DNA of 63,884 nucleotides, filler included. It is 8 parts of 8 records of this genome, joined end to end, with 100 filler letters (N's around TTAATTAATTAA, not from the genome) between each part and the next. Parts side by side here need not be neighbours in the genome. Positions count along the whole stretch, not along the records: positions 1 to 11,296 come from SRR31147125_40009; 7 more parts are not named here. One strand, 5' to 3'. Positions 1 to 11,296 of this stretch are shown in pieces. Every line of letters starts with the position of its first letter. The first letter of the stretch is position 1. Made by a program: the position numbers and the translations under genes. The notes beneath the pieces were generated by a model that saw only the letters and a list, made by a program, of their open reading frames with translations, did not search any database and was not told the DNA's origin.

Positions 1-434
1 AAAAAGAAAGCCTGTCCTTTAATATTGTTCTTCTTAGACTCATCAAATTCTATTTCATCAATAAGACCTAAAATTTGATTCGTTCTAGCAATAATGGTGT
101 AATTAGTTGAATATTTATGAGATAATACTCCATTTGTATTCTCTTCTATAAAATCAGCTATATACTCGGGCTGAATAGTCCCCCTATCATTGGAATTATA
201 TTTATACGTAGTATTGTCTGATCTAAGTTCACCCAATGCCCATGCTCCATTAATACCATTATAGAGTGAGCGAAGTGGAGCGTATGCACCATTTATTGCT
301 TGTTCAAAATCACTTTCGCTTGTAAAATAAATTGGTGTACTTAGTGCTGTTTTTGAAGGTATTTCCAAAAAACTCTCGCTACAAGATATCAAGGAAAAGA
401 CAGCTATTAATGATAATATTATATTCTTTTTCAT
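1..434 (-). CDS. susD: SusD/RagB family nutrient-binding lipoprotein (N-terminal part, truncated by window edge)
   Basis: Manual translation from ATG at 434: MKKNIILSLIAVFSLISCSESFLEIP...AINGAYAPLR...GELRSDN; lipobox Cys; directly downstream of susC. Confidence 0.9.
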   Translation of the reverse strand, partial: MKKNIILSLIAVFSLISCSESFLEIPSKTALSTPIYFTSESDFEQAINGAYAPLRSLYNGINGAWALGELRSDNTTYKYNSNDRGTIQPEYIADFIEENTNGVLSHKYSTNYTIIARTNQILGLIDEIEFDESKKNNIKGQAFF

Positions 435-457
435 TATTCAAAAATTTAAGTTTTCAT

Positions 458-3400
458 TTACTTAAGAGTAACATTTAAGCCAAAAGTAATTGTCCTTGGC
501 ACCGGATAGGCTGTAAAGTCAATACCTTGAGCAGTTGACCCTGGTTGATTACCATTAAAATCTATTCCAACTTCTGGATTTCCATATTTATAGTTGGTAA
601 AAACAAACGCTTGTTGAACACTTGCATAAAGGCGAAGATTCTTTACAAAACTTACAGTTCTATTAGGGACAGTGTACCCCAAAGTAATATTTTTAATCGT
701 AAGATAGCTTCCATCTTTAACGTATCTTGAGTGAAAATCATCGCGATCATGACCTGTTGATCCTGTAGTTTTACCGTACAAACCAGCACCCGGATTTTCA
801 GGCGAACGCCAACGATCCTTCACATTATTAAGCACATTAAAAACACCATCAAGGTTAACCAACCCTTGCTCCATTGCAGCAACAATCTTATTACCATAAG
901 AACCAGATGCAATGACTGATAAATCAAAATTTTTGTATTTAAAGTTATTGGTTAATCCAAATGTAAATTTTGGGAAAGGATTACCTATTTCTGTTCTATC
1001 TCCATCTGTTGTCCCAGTGGTTATTTTTCCATCATTATTAATATCCCTGAATTTTATAGTCCCAACCTGAGAGTCAACTAATTTTGGAGAATTATCAAAA
1101 TCATTCTGATCGACATAAACTCCATCCTGAACCAATCCATAAAACTGTCCTATTCGACCACCAACTTTTGTGATAGTAGAAACAAGTCCCTGCCATACAA
1201 ATAATTCATCGCTTAAGGAAGAAAGTTCCATAACTTGATTATCGCTAAATGAGATATTGAAATTGGAACTCCATTTAAATTTCCCTACAAGGTTATCGGA
1301 GTTCACACTAAACTCATGCCCCCAAAACTTTATTTTACCAACATTGCCTGTGAAACGTGAGAAACCAGACTCCCTAGGCACTGGTAAAGTATAAAGTAAG
1401 TTTGTTGTTTCTTTTCTGTAATAGTCATATGTAACAGACACCCGATCGTTCGCAAAACTAAAATCCGTACCAAGATCAAACTCTTTTGTTCTTTCCCATC
1501 CTAATTCATCGTTCCCAAGATTTGTCACTGCAATTCCCGAATATGAAGCGTTGTTAAAGGTTGTATTTACCCCTCCGGCAACTGTACTGTATTGAGTATA
1601 ATTACCAATATTATTATTACCAGTAACACCATAACTTGCTCTGATTTTTAAGAATGAAAGCCAATTTACATTTTTCATAAATGATTCTTCACTCACAACC
1701 CATCCAGCTGATACTGCCGGAAAATTCCCCCATTTCTTATTTGATCCAAAACGTGACGAGCCATCACGTCTAATACTTGCACTTAACAAATACTTATTTT
1801 TATAATTGTAATTTAATCGAGAAAGATACGAGACTAAGCTCCACTCCTGAACATCCATCGATGGGTTATTTTTCACCAATGCTGCATCTATTGTCTGTAT
1901 TCTGTCATCTGAAAAATTTGACCCGCTAAAAGAACTTGAATCATATCTATATTTCTGTGCTGTATATCCTGCCAATACCTTAAAATTGTGCCCCTTAATC
2001 TCTTTTGAATATTCAGCGGTATTTTCTGAAAGCCAGGTCCAAAAACGCCTGTTTGTTTCACTTAAATTTGCACTTAACTGACTAGGAGCAGAAGCGAATC
2101 CCCTTCCTGCAGTTGATGGTTGAAAATAATGAACCAATGTACCAACCAGTTCAGCATTAATACTTGACTTCAAACGAAGTCCACTGACAGGTTCATATTC
2201 GAGGTATCCATTGGATATGAATCGAGTATCTGCAGTCTTATTGGTTATCTCGCTAATTGACCTAACCCAATTAGGTGTTGGAAAGGTTGTAATACCCGGT
2301 GTAGTTACTGTTACTGGGTAGCTCCCATCTTCGTTTTGGTATGCAAGTACAGGAGGTGTTAGTGCAGCATTCAACAACAAACCTCCTGAACCAAAAAATT
2401 GTCCATCAGAAGCTGGAGAATTGCCATAATTATATGTTGGTGCTACATTAACACCAAGTGTTAGCTTATCTGCCAAATCAAATTTAGTATTCACCCGTAA
2501 TGAAAACCTTTTATAGTTTGAATTTAGTAAGACTCCTTTTTGACTAAAATAACCACCAACTACCGAACTGCTGAATTTCTCTTTTTTAGTATTAACAGTA
2601 ATACTGTAGTCATTAATGATCCCCGTTCTCAACATGCCATCATACCAATCGTATCCATCTCCATAGTCTGATGGATTTTGGTAAGCACTTGGTACCGCCT
2701 GCCCTAAATCTTCGTAATATTCTTTCTTAAACTGAGCCCAATTTGTACCATTCATCACATCTGGTCTGCCTTTTTGTGGAACTTGTTGATATCCAGAGTA
2801 AGCATCTACTGAAATATTTGATTCTCCATCTTTTGCGCTTTTAGTAGTAACAAGGACAACACCAAACGCAGCCCTTGATCCATATAATGATGTTGAAGCT
2901 GCATCTTTAAGTACCGTAATAGTCTCAATTTCATTAGGGTTTATGTTAATAATCCCTCCTGATACTGGAAATCCATCAATAACATATAAAGGAGAAGAAC
3001 TTGTAGACAAAGAGGCTGCTCCCCGTATTTGTACATTTAACCCTTGGCCTGGTCTACCAGTTCCCTGACTAATCCTAACACCAGCGAATTTACCTTGCAA
3101 CTTTTGAGTAAACTGTGCCACAGGTATTTCTTTCATTTCATCAGTTTTAACCGTTTGAAGCGAACCAGTACTTGTACGTTGTGTCGTATTTCCATAAGCA
3201 ATAGCCACAACTTCATCCAAGCCAATCGTTTCTTCCATCAGAACTACGTTAATTGATGCCTTCCCTGCAACAGGAATTTCCTGGCTTTTCATACCTACAA
3301 AAGAGAAAACCAAAGTGCCTTCACTTGGTACATTCGTCAAGGAATAATTTCCTTCAAAATTTGTAATGGTACCACTTGTTGTACCTTTAAGTACTATAGT

Positions 3401-3835
3401 CACACCGGGAAGTGGTGCTCCTGAAGAATCTGTTACTTTTCCGGAAACATTAAGTTCTTGCTTGGACTGCTTGACTGAATTTGATGATAGAATTACCTGG
3501 CGTCCCGATAGCTCGTAGGCAATGCCAGTTCCTGTTAAGGCTTTATCCAGAATTTCATTGATTGAAGCATCATTAAGATCAATGGACATTTTTTTATCAA
3601 CATCAATCTCTCCACTGTAAAAAAACCGATAGGCACTTTGGTCTTCAACCAGCTTTAAAAAATCCTCAATTCGAACATCTTTAACTGCCATTGTTAGCTT
3701 GGTTGTTTGAGAATAGCTTTTGGAAGCAAAAGCTCCTACGATGGAAATAAGTACGATGCATAAAGTTAATTTCATCTTCAATAAAGTTTGGTTATAGCAT
3801 GACCAGGGGTCATTTAAACCTCGTTTTTTTTTCAT
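458..3835 (-). CDS. susC: SusC/RagA TonB-dependent transporter with N-terminal STN signalling extension
   Basis: STN-like N-terminus, CarboxypepD-like domain, plug motif LKDAASTSLYGSRAAFGVVLVTTK, C-terminal YPVPRTITFGLNVTL. Confidence 0.96.
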   Translation of the reverse strand: MKKKRGLNDPWSCYNQTLLKMKLTLCIVLISIVGAFASKSYSQTTKLTMAVKDVRIEDFLKLVEDQSAYRFFYSGEIDVDKKMSIDLNDASINEILDKALTGTGIAYELSGRQVILSSNSVKQSKQELNVSGKVTDSSGAPLPGVTIVLKGTTSGTITNFEGNYSLTNVPSEGTLVFSFVGMKSQEIPVAGKASINVVLMEETIGLDEVVAIAYGNTTQRTSTGSLQTVKTDEMKEIPVAQFTQKLQGKFAGVRISQGTGRPGQGLNVQIRGAASLSTSSSPLYVIDGFPVSGGIININPNEIETITVLKDAASTSLYGSRAAFGVVLVTTKSAKDGESNISVDAYSGYQQVPQKGRPDVMNGTNWAQFKKEYYEDLGQAVPSAYQNPSDYGDGYDWYDGMLRTGIINDYSITVNTKKEKFSSSVVGGYFSQKGVLLNSNYKRFSLRVNTKFDLADKLTLGVNVAPTYNYGNSPASDGQFFGSGGLLLNAALTPPVLAYQNEDGSYPVTVTTPGITTFPTPNWVRSISEITNKTADTRFISNGYLEYEPVSGLRLKSSINAELVGTLVHYFQPSTAGRGFASAPSQLSANLSETNRRFWTWLSENTAEYSKEIKGHNFKVLAGYTAQKYRYDSSSFSGSNFSDDRIQTIDAALVKNNPSMDVQEWSLVSYLSRLNYNYKNKYLLSASIRRDGSSRFGSNKKWGNFPAVSAGWVVSEESFMKNVNWLSFLKIRASYGVTGNNNIGNYTQYSTVAGGVNTTFNNASYSGIAVTNLGNDELGWERTKEFDLGTDFSFANDRVSVTYDYYRKETTNLLYTLPVPRESGFSRFTGNVGKIKFWGHEFSVNSDNLVGKFKWSSNFNISFSDNQVMELSSLSDELFVWQGLVSTITKVGGRIGQFYGLVQDGVYVDQNDFDNSPKLVDSQVGTIKFRDINNDGKITTGTTDGDRTEIGNPFPKFTFGLTNNFKYKNFDLSVIASGSYGNKIVAAMEQGLVNLDGVFNVLNNVKDRWRSPENPGAGLYGKTTGSTGHDRDDFHSRYVKDGSYLTIKNITLGYTVPNRTVSFVKNLRLYASVQQAFVFTNYKYGNPEVGIDFNGNQPGSTAQGIDFTAYPVPRTITFGLNVTLK

Positions 3836-3878
3836 AATTTTGTAATGATTGGTTTGTACTCTTAATAAATCAATTGTT

Positions 3879-3915
3879 GAAAGAAGTAGGAAGTTGCATT
3901 TCCTGCTTCTTTTTC
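3879..3915 (-). terminator. Hairpin between fecR and susC (terminator/attenuator-like)
   Basis: Inverted repeat AAGAAGCAGGAA-ATGCAAC-TTCCTACTTCTT on minus strand. Confidence 0.5.
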
Positions 3916-3945
3916 TTTTTTGGCTTATTCCATAGTTATTTATAT

Positions 3946-4926
3946 TTAGTTATTTAGTGGTTCAATTTTAACTGTTCGTTTTTGTGAATTATAGGTGTAT
4001 CTTACCGGAGCTACTTTACAAATCATAATCATCACTTCAGTAAGGGTTTCGCTTTCAATAGTTCCTGAAAACCATAATCCTTCAAAGTCATTTTCAGAGT
4101 AGTTAATTTCTACATTAAACCAACGTTCGAGCCTTTTCATAATATCGGGGAAAGAATCTCTTGAGAAAATAAGTTTTCCATCTTTCCATGACGTAAATAG
4201 TTCTGTATCGACTTCGCTTTTAACGAGCTTGCCTTGAATGAGTTTTATTTGTTCTCCAGGGTTTATCATTGCCGATTCATTATCGCTCTCATTAACCACT
4301 TTAACTTTACCTCGAGCTAAGGTGGTGGTAAATTCACCATCATTAAATGCCTGAACATTGAAAGCTGTGCCCAGAACTTCAACATTCCCATATTGCGTTT
4401 GTACTATAAAAGGATTCTTGCTTTTGACAACATCAAAGAAAGCCTCACCATTTAGCTTAAGTTCCCTATTTCCTGAAAAATTGCCAGAATAAGTTATACT
4501 TGATCCTGAATTTAACCAGACAGTAGAACCATCAGGTAATTGCAACTGGCTTTTGGCTCCAAAAGGAATACTTACTGTTAGCTCAGGGATATGCTCAAGC
4601 ACCGTTTCATTTTGTTGATAGAACCAGATGCCCGAAATAAGCAAGCCTATAATTATGACAGCAGCAATTTTTGTAAAAAGTGAATATACCTTTAGCTTTT
4701 GAGCCGTTTGCTTTGCTTCTTTTTGAAGAATTGCTTGCTGGATTTTCTGTAGTAATAATGGGTTAGCATGTAAAGAATCTTCATCGGTTAAATGACTTTT
4801 CCATTCAGTTTCCATAAAGCCAGATACCGAACCCAAATTTTTATCCTGTTTGATATATTTGCAGAATTCTTCAAACTCTTCAGGAGAGATAATAGATTGG
4901 ATATACTTTTTGAATAAGCTTTTCAT
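3946..4926 (-). CDS. FecR family anti-sigma factor
   Basis: Single TM helix, LPDGSTVWLNSGS, GEAFFDV, VLGTAFNV motifs; lies between ECF sigma and susC. Confidence 0.95.
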   Translation of the reverse strand: MKSLFKKYIQSIISPEEFEEFCKYIKQDKNLGSVSGFMETEWKSHLTDEDSLHANPLLLQKIQQAILQKEAKQTAQKLKVYSLFTKIAAVIIIGLLISGIWFYQQNETVLEHIPELTVSIPFGAKSQLQLPDGSTVWLNSGSSITYSGNFSGNRELKLNGEAFFDVVKSKNPFIVQTQYGNVEVLGTAFNVQAFNDGEFTTTLARGKVKVVNESDNESAMINPGEQIKLIQGKLVKSEVDTELFTSWKDGKLIFSRDSFPDIMKRLERWFNVEINYSENDFEGLWFSGTIESETLTEVMIMICKVAPVRYTYNSQKRTVKIEPLNN

Positions 4927-4944
4927 TCTGTGTTTTCTTTTAAT

Positions 4945-4972
4945 TAATACACAGCAAACAAGTCTATCCCTA
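4945..4972 (-). promoter_or_regulatory. Putative ECF-sigma promoter upstream of fecR
   Basis: TAGGG...TGTGTATTA, resembling motifs I recall upstream of Bacteroidetes anti-sigma genes; inference. Confidence 0.4.
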
Positions 4973-4989
4973 AATATAAATCAAAAAAG

Positions 4990-5565
4990 TTATAGAAACA
5001 GGTAAAAATAAAGTAATGAAATTAATCCAAATGATTCTAATTTCGATTTTAGAATACTGATAGACTGACTAATATGGTATTCGACTGTTTTTGTTGAAAT
5101 ATTTAATTTTTCTGCAATTTCTTTATGGGATAATCCTTCGATCCTGCTCAATTTAAATACTTCTTTTTGCTTCTCAGGTAATTCATCAATCATTTTATCA
5201 ACCTTTTCCCGAAGCTCAGTATATTCTAATTTCTCAAAAGAAGAATACTCCTCTGCTATAGAGGCAAGCAAAATACGATCTTTCATCTTTTGATTATTTA
5301 ATCGAGATCTTAACTCATTGAGAAGTAAATTACGGGTGATGGTAAATATGTACGAATTGAATGAGTCTTCAGTTTTGATTTTCTTCCTATTGTCCCAAAT
5401 TTTTATAAATACTTCTTGAAGAACATCATCGATCCCTTCTTCAATTTTTAAGAATGATTTGGAGAAATTGTAAAGTCGAGGGTAATAATAGTTGAATAAT
5501 TTTTCTAAAGCTAACTTATTATCGCTTGCTAACCCTTGTAAAACATTATCCAGTTTAAATTTCAT
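4990..5565 (-). CDS. ECF RNA polymerase sigma-70 factor (Bacteroides expansion family)
   Basis: DVLQEVFIKIW region 2; LPEKQKEVFKLSRIEGLSHKEIAEKLNISTKTVEYHI region 4. Confidence 0.95.
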   Translation of the reverse strand: MKFKLDNVLQGLASDNKLALEKLFNYYYPRLYNFSKSFLKIEEGIDDVLQEVFIKIWDNRKKIKTEDSFNSYIFTITRNLLLNELRSRLNNQKMKDRILLASIAEEYSSFEKLEYTELREKVDKMIDELPEKQKEVFKLSRIEGLSHKEIAEKLNISTKTVEYHISQSISILKSKLESFGLISLLYFYLFL

Positions 5566-5593
5566 TACCTCTTCGTCTATGAGATTGATCTCA

Positions 5594-5601
5594 CAAACTT
5601 A
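5594..5601 (-). promoter_or_regulatory. Bacteroidetes housekeeping -7 promoter element
   Basis: TAAGTTTG matches TAnnTTTG about 30 nt upstream of the ECF start. Confidence 0.5.
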
Positions 5602-5730
5602 TAAAAATGATTATAATTAAAGAATAGTCGTTATTATTCTCTTCGTTTTATGAACAACAAAGCTTAAGAAGCTGGATACTCATTTATAAAAAGATAACCA
5701 ATAAAAACAAAAATGAATATGGTTTGATTC

Positions 5731-7148
5731 CTAGTACAATTTTACTTCCCAAAGACCTGCCTGACCTTTTAAAATAGTTATTCGCAAATAACGAGCCTTC
5801 CCAATTTGATCAACTATATGAGGCGAACGAATTTCAACTTCGTTTTGCTCTTTGATAATTTCCCATTTCTTCCCATCAAGTGATTTCTCACAGATAAATG
5901 CATGACCAAGTGTTGGATGAACAAAAAATAAATCAAGATGATTCATCTTTTTCACTTCTCCCAAATCTAGTTGCCACCATTCACCCGATTCATTAGAAGT
6001 TGCCCACCAGCGAGTATAGTTTGATTGATCAATAGCATAGTTAGCAATAAACTGATGTTCGCGCGTAGGGAGATCTGGTGGTAAAATGTATTTTAGTTCT
6101 TTATTATTGTGCCACTTACGAGCTTCAACTGTCATTGTATTTTTCACTGAAGAAGCTGTTGCAACGGCATCAAACAGGTCAATCGATTTTTCTGTTCTAA
6201 TTTTTTGCAGTGCTCCAACCCCTTTCCGATCTAGCTGAATGGGCTTAATAGTGCCATCTTCGTTAAACTCCATCTCGTTAACGTAGATTTGACGTGAAGT
6301 ACCACCAAGCCCATATTCAAGATAGACAAAATACCAATTATTCGAATTATCAGGTGAGAATGCAAATCCATGACCTGGCCCCCAAATTTGCTTATCCTCA
6401 TCGGTAGTAATAATTACATCATCTTCGGGTGTTTCAAATGGACCTAGAGGTGATTCTTTACTCATGACATAGGCATTTTGGTATTCGGCATAACCTCCCA
6501 TAGTATAGAAATAGTAATAAATACCGTTTCGTTTAATCATGAAAGGACCTTCAGAATAACCACCCCACTGACTTTGGATGGTAACTGTTTCTCCTTCTAA
6601 TTCTCGAAAATCACCACTTAGTCTGGATGCTTTCTTTCTTCTCCAAAAAGATAGGCTTGTCCATCATCGTCAATGAACGGACAACCGTCAATATCATTAA
6701 TGATCATAGAATTACATTCAACTCCAGTATAGTCTTCAGTTCCTGGACCATTGGCAAAATAAAAAGGTCCTCCTGGAGAATCAGAAACTGCCAGTTGTGT
6801 CATTCGCTCTATAGTTGCAAATAAGTAGTATTTATCATTATTTTTAACAACCCGCCCTGGTGCCCAATATTTATATTTATGCCAATCAATGCCTGGAAAA
6901 CAAATTCCTTCAAAACTCCAGTTTACAAAATCTTTCGATTTCCAAACTACAGGATTACCAGAAAAAGCAAGGTCTGTCTCAATGTCACCTACATCGCTAG
7001 TAGCATATACATAAAAAGTATCACCGAACTGGACAATTGTTGGATCAGCTAAATTGTCAGGAATTAATGGATTGAAGTTAAGTTGCTGAGCAAAAAGATT
7101 GCTTGAAATAAAAAACAGTAAAAAGAATTTGATTATTAGCAGTTTCAT
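5731..7148 (-). CDS. GH43 glycoside hydrolase with C-terminal F5/8 type C (CBM32-like) domain; one frameshift near 6647
   Basis: ADP, WAPG, IDGCPFIDDDG, SEGPF and GPGHG motifs; adding one T to the T5 run joins the two ORFs (YLFWRRKKASRL...GYSEGPFMIKRNG). Confidence 0.85.
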
Positions 7149-7165
7149 GAATAAATATCTTAATA

Positions 7166-8185
7166 TTAAAAGTTAAAGGTTTTTTTATTTGGCCAATCCC
7201 AATTCAACAAATCATCACTCCACGCCAAGCCAATTGACGAATTTTTATCAAAGTCGCCTTCCGTTTCCTTTTTTGGACCTGATCCATGAAAAAACATCAG
7301 ATATTTATTAACGTCCTGTAAATCTTTCAGGCTTATAACAGCTCCAGCAGTAAGCCTTCCTTTTGCCCAGTTCCAATTCAATTGACCAAGGGTAATTAGG
7401 CTTCCCCATTCCTTCCAATTCACCATATCAATAGATTTTTTAATTCCTATCCCATTTTCAGGAGAATGAAAAAGGACATAAGTGTTATCTTCAGTCAAGA
7501 CACATACGTTTTCGCCAGATATAGTATTTCCGAAGTACGTCCAATTCTTAAAATCATAGGTGAAAGACATACTAACACCGTTTTGCTTATAAAAACACCA
7601 ATACTTCCCCGGTTCATTCTTATCTGCCAACAAATAGGGATCAATCATACGACCCATTTCACTTTCTGTAATACTATTCCCTTTAACTTTCAATAACTCA
7701 GGTGAATTCCAATTCTCTATATCTTTGCTCCTCATAATATATAATCGGGCATCTTTCGTTCCATATCTTGGCATCTGTTCAACCGTATAATCCGGACGCG
7801 GGTATGTTTGTATACAAAGAATCCATTCATTTTGAACCCGAATGATATTTCCTGGACTGGAAAAATTACATTTCTGATCTTTCGGAGTTAGTTTCTTAGG
7901 AGTTGTCCAATTTACCAAATCACTACTTTTTGAAGAAGCGATGTACATATAAATCAAACCATCAGGTTCAATTTCAGTCATAGTAAAAAAAAGATAAAAA
8001 GTATCTTTCTCAAATAAAATTGCAGGATCTCGGTAGGCAGTTACCGAATCACCTTTAAAAATAATGGGGGATTCCAACCTCTTAAGGTTAATTTTCTGAT
8101 TAGAAGCACAAGCAGATAAAATAAAAGTCAATACTATTATAAAACCAATTTTTAACATGATAATTAGAAATTTCTCAGCACCCAT
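7166..8185 (-). CDS. Five-bladed beta-propeller glycosidase-like lipoprotein (GH43/GH32/GH130-type fold); likely start 8158
   Basis: Lipobox LSAC; AYRDPA, SSPGN, MIDPY, GENVC and S.DL.NW repeats. Confidence 0.65.
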   Translation of the reverse strand: MGAEKFLIIMLKIGFIIVLTFILSACASNQKINLKRLESPIIFKGDSVTAYRDPAILFEKDTFYLFFTMTEIEPDGLIYMYIASSKSSDLVNWTTPKKLTPKDQKCNFSSPGNIIRVQNEWILCIQTYPRPDYTVEQMPRYGTKDARLYIMRSKDIENWNSPELLKVKGNSITESEMGRMIDPYLLADKNEPGKYWCFYKQNGVSMSFTYDFKNWTYFGNTISGENVCVLTEDNTYVLFHSPENGIGIKKSIDMVNWKEWGSLITLGQLNWNWAKGRLTAGAVISLKDLQDVNKYLMFFHGSGPKKETEGDFDKNSSIGLAWSDDLLNWDWPNKKTFNF

Positions 8186-8324
8186 TTACATTCTGATTTG
8201 TGGTAGAACAAGCCTCCAAAATAAGTTTAGCCCTCAATCGCTCCGTCGTTACTAATTCTCTCATCAGGTCGTTTAAATATTATAATTGCTTTTGCATAAA
8301 AAATTCAATTTGTATTGTCACGAA

Positions 8325-10532
8325 CTAAAGCCCCACATTCGATTTTAAACGACTTAATCTTAAAAGTACAACCCCATGTGCCGGAATCTTTAATTCTATT
8401 CGACCTGAATAATGTCCAATATCTTTTTGCCTCCACACATCATGAACAATGTATTCACCTTCAATTCCTAAAACGTTCCATTCTAATAGTTCATCTTTCA
8501 AATATTTGTTGGAAAGGTTAAAAACACCAACGGCCATACTTCCATCTTCAAGGGGCTTAATCCAAACCTGAATCTCATTCCCTTTAAAACCCAGCTTTGC
8601 TTGTTTACCTAATGAATCTTGATTAATATCAATCACTTCAGAATTACAAAGTAAACTTTTTGTAAAACCATCCAGATTCTCTAAATCACACCCAATTAGT
8701 AATGGTGCACCCAGTAAACTCCATAAACTAATATGCGTGTATTGCTCGTCGGGTGTTAAACGTGTTGGTCGTGGATCACCCCACCCCAGACGTCCAACTA
8801 CTAACATATCGGGATCATTCCAATTTCCGGGACTAGCAAATTCACTCATGATTGATTGTTTAAAACCAATTTTCGACATACTTCCCCAACTATCTTCAAT
8901 ATCTCCAGTTGTTCTCCACAGATTACCTCTAGTCTCATCTCCCCATTCCCAAACTTTACCCATTCCATATTGACATAAGCTATAAACAATGTCGCGAGGC
9001 TGATCTTCCAAAAATTCACCAACCATTATATATGGTTCTTTTAGCTCTTCTAAAGTTGGTTTTGGCTTGATGCTTTTGTAACTACACCAATCGTATTTCA
9101 CATAATCAAACCCCCAGTCAGACCAAGTTCTAACATCCTGTAGTTCATGATTAAAACTACCTAAAAAGCCTCCACAAGTCAATCTTCCCGGACTAGAATA
9201 AATACCTGCCTTCAAACCCAAGCTGTGGATATAATCTGTAAGTTCCTTCATATCCGAAAATTTCGAATTCGAAACTATATTACCGTCAGAATCTCTTTCA
9301 TCAGCTTGCCAACCATCATCAATATTGATATAGTTCCATCCATAATCAGCCAGCCCTTCATCGATAAAGATATCAGCCGCAGCACGAACTTTATCATCAT
9401 CAACTAATAATCCCCAGCAATTCCAACTATTCCATCCCATTGGAGGAGTCAACGAAATCTGATCACCAACTACAAATGTCAGTTTTCTTATATCGTATCC
9501 CTCCGAGTTTTTAGCACGTAATTCAACTACATACTCTCCTGCCTTTACAATAGTTCCGCTAATTATTCCTTTTTCGGAATTAAAAACCAAACCTGAGGGG
9601 AGATGATCAACTCCAAACTCCATTGGACGAACGCCTGTTACAGGAAGCCTATAAATGATTGGTGACCCCGGACGAACTCCATACACTTTTGCTCCATTAA
9701 TTTGCGGCTTATCTGAAACTGGAGGAGTTAAAATATAGGGGACACCTTCAGTTGATTCTATACTCTTTCCAACTATATTATCAGTAAATCGGTAAAGAAT
9801 GTCACAGGGAGTATATTCAGGTATTTCTGTAGAGAATTCATAATGAAAATCTTGATTCTTTAATATGGTGACAGGTATCTTCTCAAAATATAAAGACTTT
9901 CGATTTTCTTTGTTCACTACTCTTATTTCAAGTTTCCCTGACACATTTAATTTCCCATCTGTCCCTAGTTTAATTTTTTTCGACAACTTTGTTCTATCTG
10001 TTAACTTAACATTAAAGCTAGTGTAATCAATCTTCACAAAGCCAACAAACTCAACAGACACAATTTTTGGTTCTCTCCCATACATGCCTCCTCCACCACT
10101 GTTGTCATACACTTGAACAGCAATTGTATTTTTAGCATCCCACCTGATAGCAGGGTTATCAAACGTAAGCAAATAGTTTCGATCATCATTCCAGCGTTTC
10201 ATACTTCCGATGAGCTGACCATTTAAATAAGTTGAGTCACGATCATCCAAATGCCCTAATTTTATAGCAACACCAGCATATTTCTCATTTTTAAGATTCG
10301 ATGGAATAATGATATCTGTCCTATACCATGCATAACCGTCATACTCTGGATAGCCAGCTTTTTCCCATCTTGATGGAACTTCAATTTCGGACCATGAAGT
10401 ATCATCAAAATCGGCTTGCATCCATTTCGAATTATTTCCTGTTTGAAACTTCCAATTAGTGATTTTGATTTTCTGTGCCTGACATGATAATACACTCAAA
10501 AATGCTACTATTAATATGATCTGTTTTTTCAT
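8325..10532 (-). CDS. GH27 alpha-galactosidase with N-terminal sugar-binding and Ig (He_PIG-like) domains
   Basis: TPPMGWNSWN, NIDDGWQ, DYVKYDWC, WRTTGDI, WNDPDML motifs. Confidence 0.93.
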   Translation of the reverse strand: MKKQIILIVAFLSVLSCQAQKIKITNWKFQTGNNSKWMQADFDDTSWSEIEVPSRWEKAGYPEYDGYAWYRTDIIIPSNLKNEKYAGVAIKLGHLDDRDSTYLNGQLIGSMKRWNDDRNYLLTFDNPAIRWDAKNTIAVQVYDNSGGGGMYGREPKIVSVEFVGFVKIDYTSFNVKLTDRTKLSKKIKLGTDGKLNVSGKLEIRVVNKENRKSLYFEKIPVTILKNQDFHYEFSTEIPEYTPCDILYRFTDNIVGKSIESTEGVPYILTPPVSDKPQINGAKVYGVRPGSPIIYRLPVTGVRPMEFGVDHLPSGLVFNSEKGIISGTIVKAGEYVVELRAKNSEGYDIRKLTFVVGDQISLTPPMGWNSWNCWGLLVDDDKVRAAADIFIDEGLADYGWNYINIDDGWQADERDSDGNIVSNSKFSDMKELTDYIHSLGLKAGIYSSPGRLTCGGFLGSFNHELQDVRTWSDWGFDYVKYDWCSYKSIKPKPTLEELKEPYIMVGEFLEDQPRDIVYSLCQYGMGKVWEWGDETRGNLWRTTGDIEDSWGSMSKIGFKQSIMSEFASPGNWNDPDMLVVGRLGWGDPRPTRLTPDEQYTHISLWSLLGAPLLIGCDLENLDGFTKSLLCNSEVIDINQDSLGKQAKLGFKGNEIQVWIKPLEDGSMAVGVFNLSNKYLKDELLEWNVLGIEGEYIVHDVWRQKDIGHYSGRIELKIPAHGVVLLRLSRLKSNVGL

Positions 10533-10534
10533 CG

Positions 10535-11296
10535 CTAATTAATCCTTTCTATTTGTTCTGAATTGACTCCTATCTTTTCATCTTCTACATTTCTAAAAAT
10601 ATATTGTCTGCCTGAATTATTCTTTTTTACATAGATTTCTGAAAAATTCAATCCTTTTACATCATCAAAAACATAGGCAGGTCTATAGTCCTGATTAATT
10701 AGCGTTACAGTTATATTCTTCATTGTTAATCCTTCAACATGGCGAATATAAAACCCCCATGATGGCAATTCGCCAAACATTGAGAACTCTGGATATTCAG
10801 CTTCATTTTCAGGAATAGAACCAATTTGACTTAAAGACCAATAGGCAATTTCTTTCTTTGCACCTCCACCAAAAATAATTTCAATATTTTCGAGAGTAAC
10901 ATTTTGAACAGGATAATCAGGAATCCCAACTATTGATGAAGGAACAAGATTATATGGTAAAAACGGGTGCCCGTAAATATGATAATGAGATGGACGTTTT
11001 GGCATTTTATCTTTACCAGGTCGTAAGTGATCTGGAGGTCCTTCCAAAGGATAGCCCTGATCTGGTTTATAAAGAGGAACCTCTACTTTTACATTGGCAA
11101 TATAAACCTGTTTTAACTCCCCTCTCCGGTTATCTTTATTCCGATGACCTAGCCGAATAAAAATAGCGTTTCCTGTATTCTTTGCAACAACATTCTGAAT
11201 GTCAATATCCTCTAATATTCCTCCATCAACCGACTGAAGAGTAATTGCAGATCGGTAAGTATCAAAAACAGTTAGGTTACGAACTTTTATATTTTT
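10535..11296 (-). CDS. GH28/pectin-lyase-fold glycoside hydrolase (C-terminal part, contig-truncated, frameshift near 11115)
   Basis: SVDGGILEDI, AIFIRLG, YPEFSMFGELPSWGFYIRHVEGL; homologous to 13966-15510. Confidence 0.8.
   Translation of the reverse strand, partial: KNIKVRNLTVFDTYRSAITLQSVDGGILEDIDIQNVVAKNTGNAIFIRLGHRNKDNRRGELKQVYIANVKVEVPLYKPDQGYPLEGPPDHLRPGKDKMPKRPSHYHIYGHPFLPYNLVPSSIVGIPDYPVQNVTLENIEIIFGGGAKKEIAYWSLSQIGSIPENEAEYPEFSMFGELPSWGFYIRHVEGLTMKNITVTLINQDYRPAYVFDDVKGLNFSEIYVKKNNSGRQYIFRNVEDEKIGVNSEQIERIN

Noticed and set aside
8200-8300. CTGATGAG on the minus strand, suggesting a hammerhead ribozyme
   Set aside because: No suitably placed GAAA core or supporting stems found.
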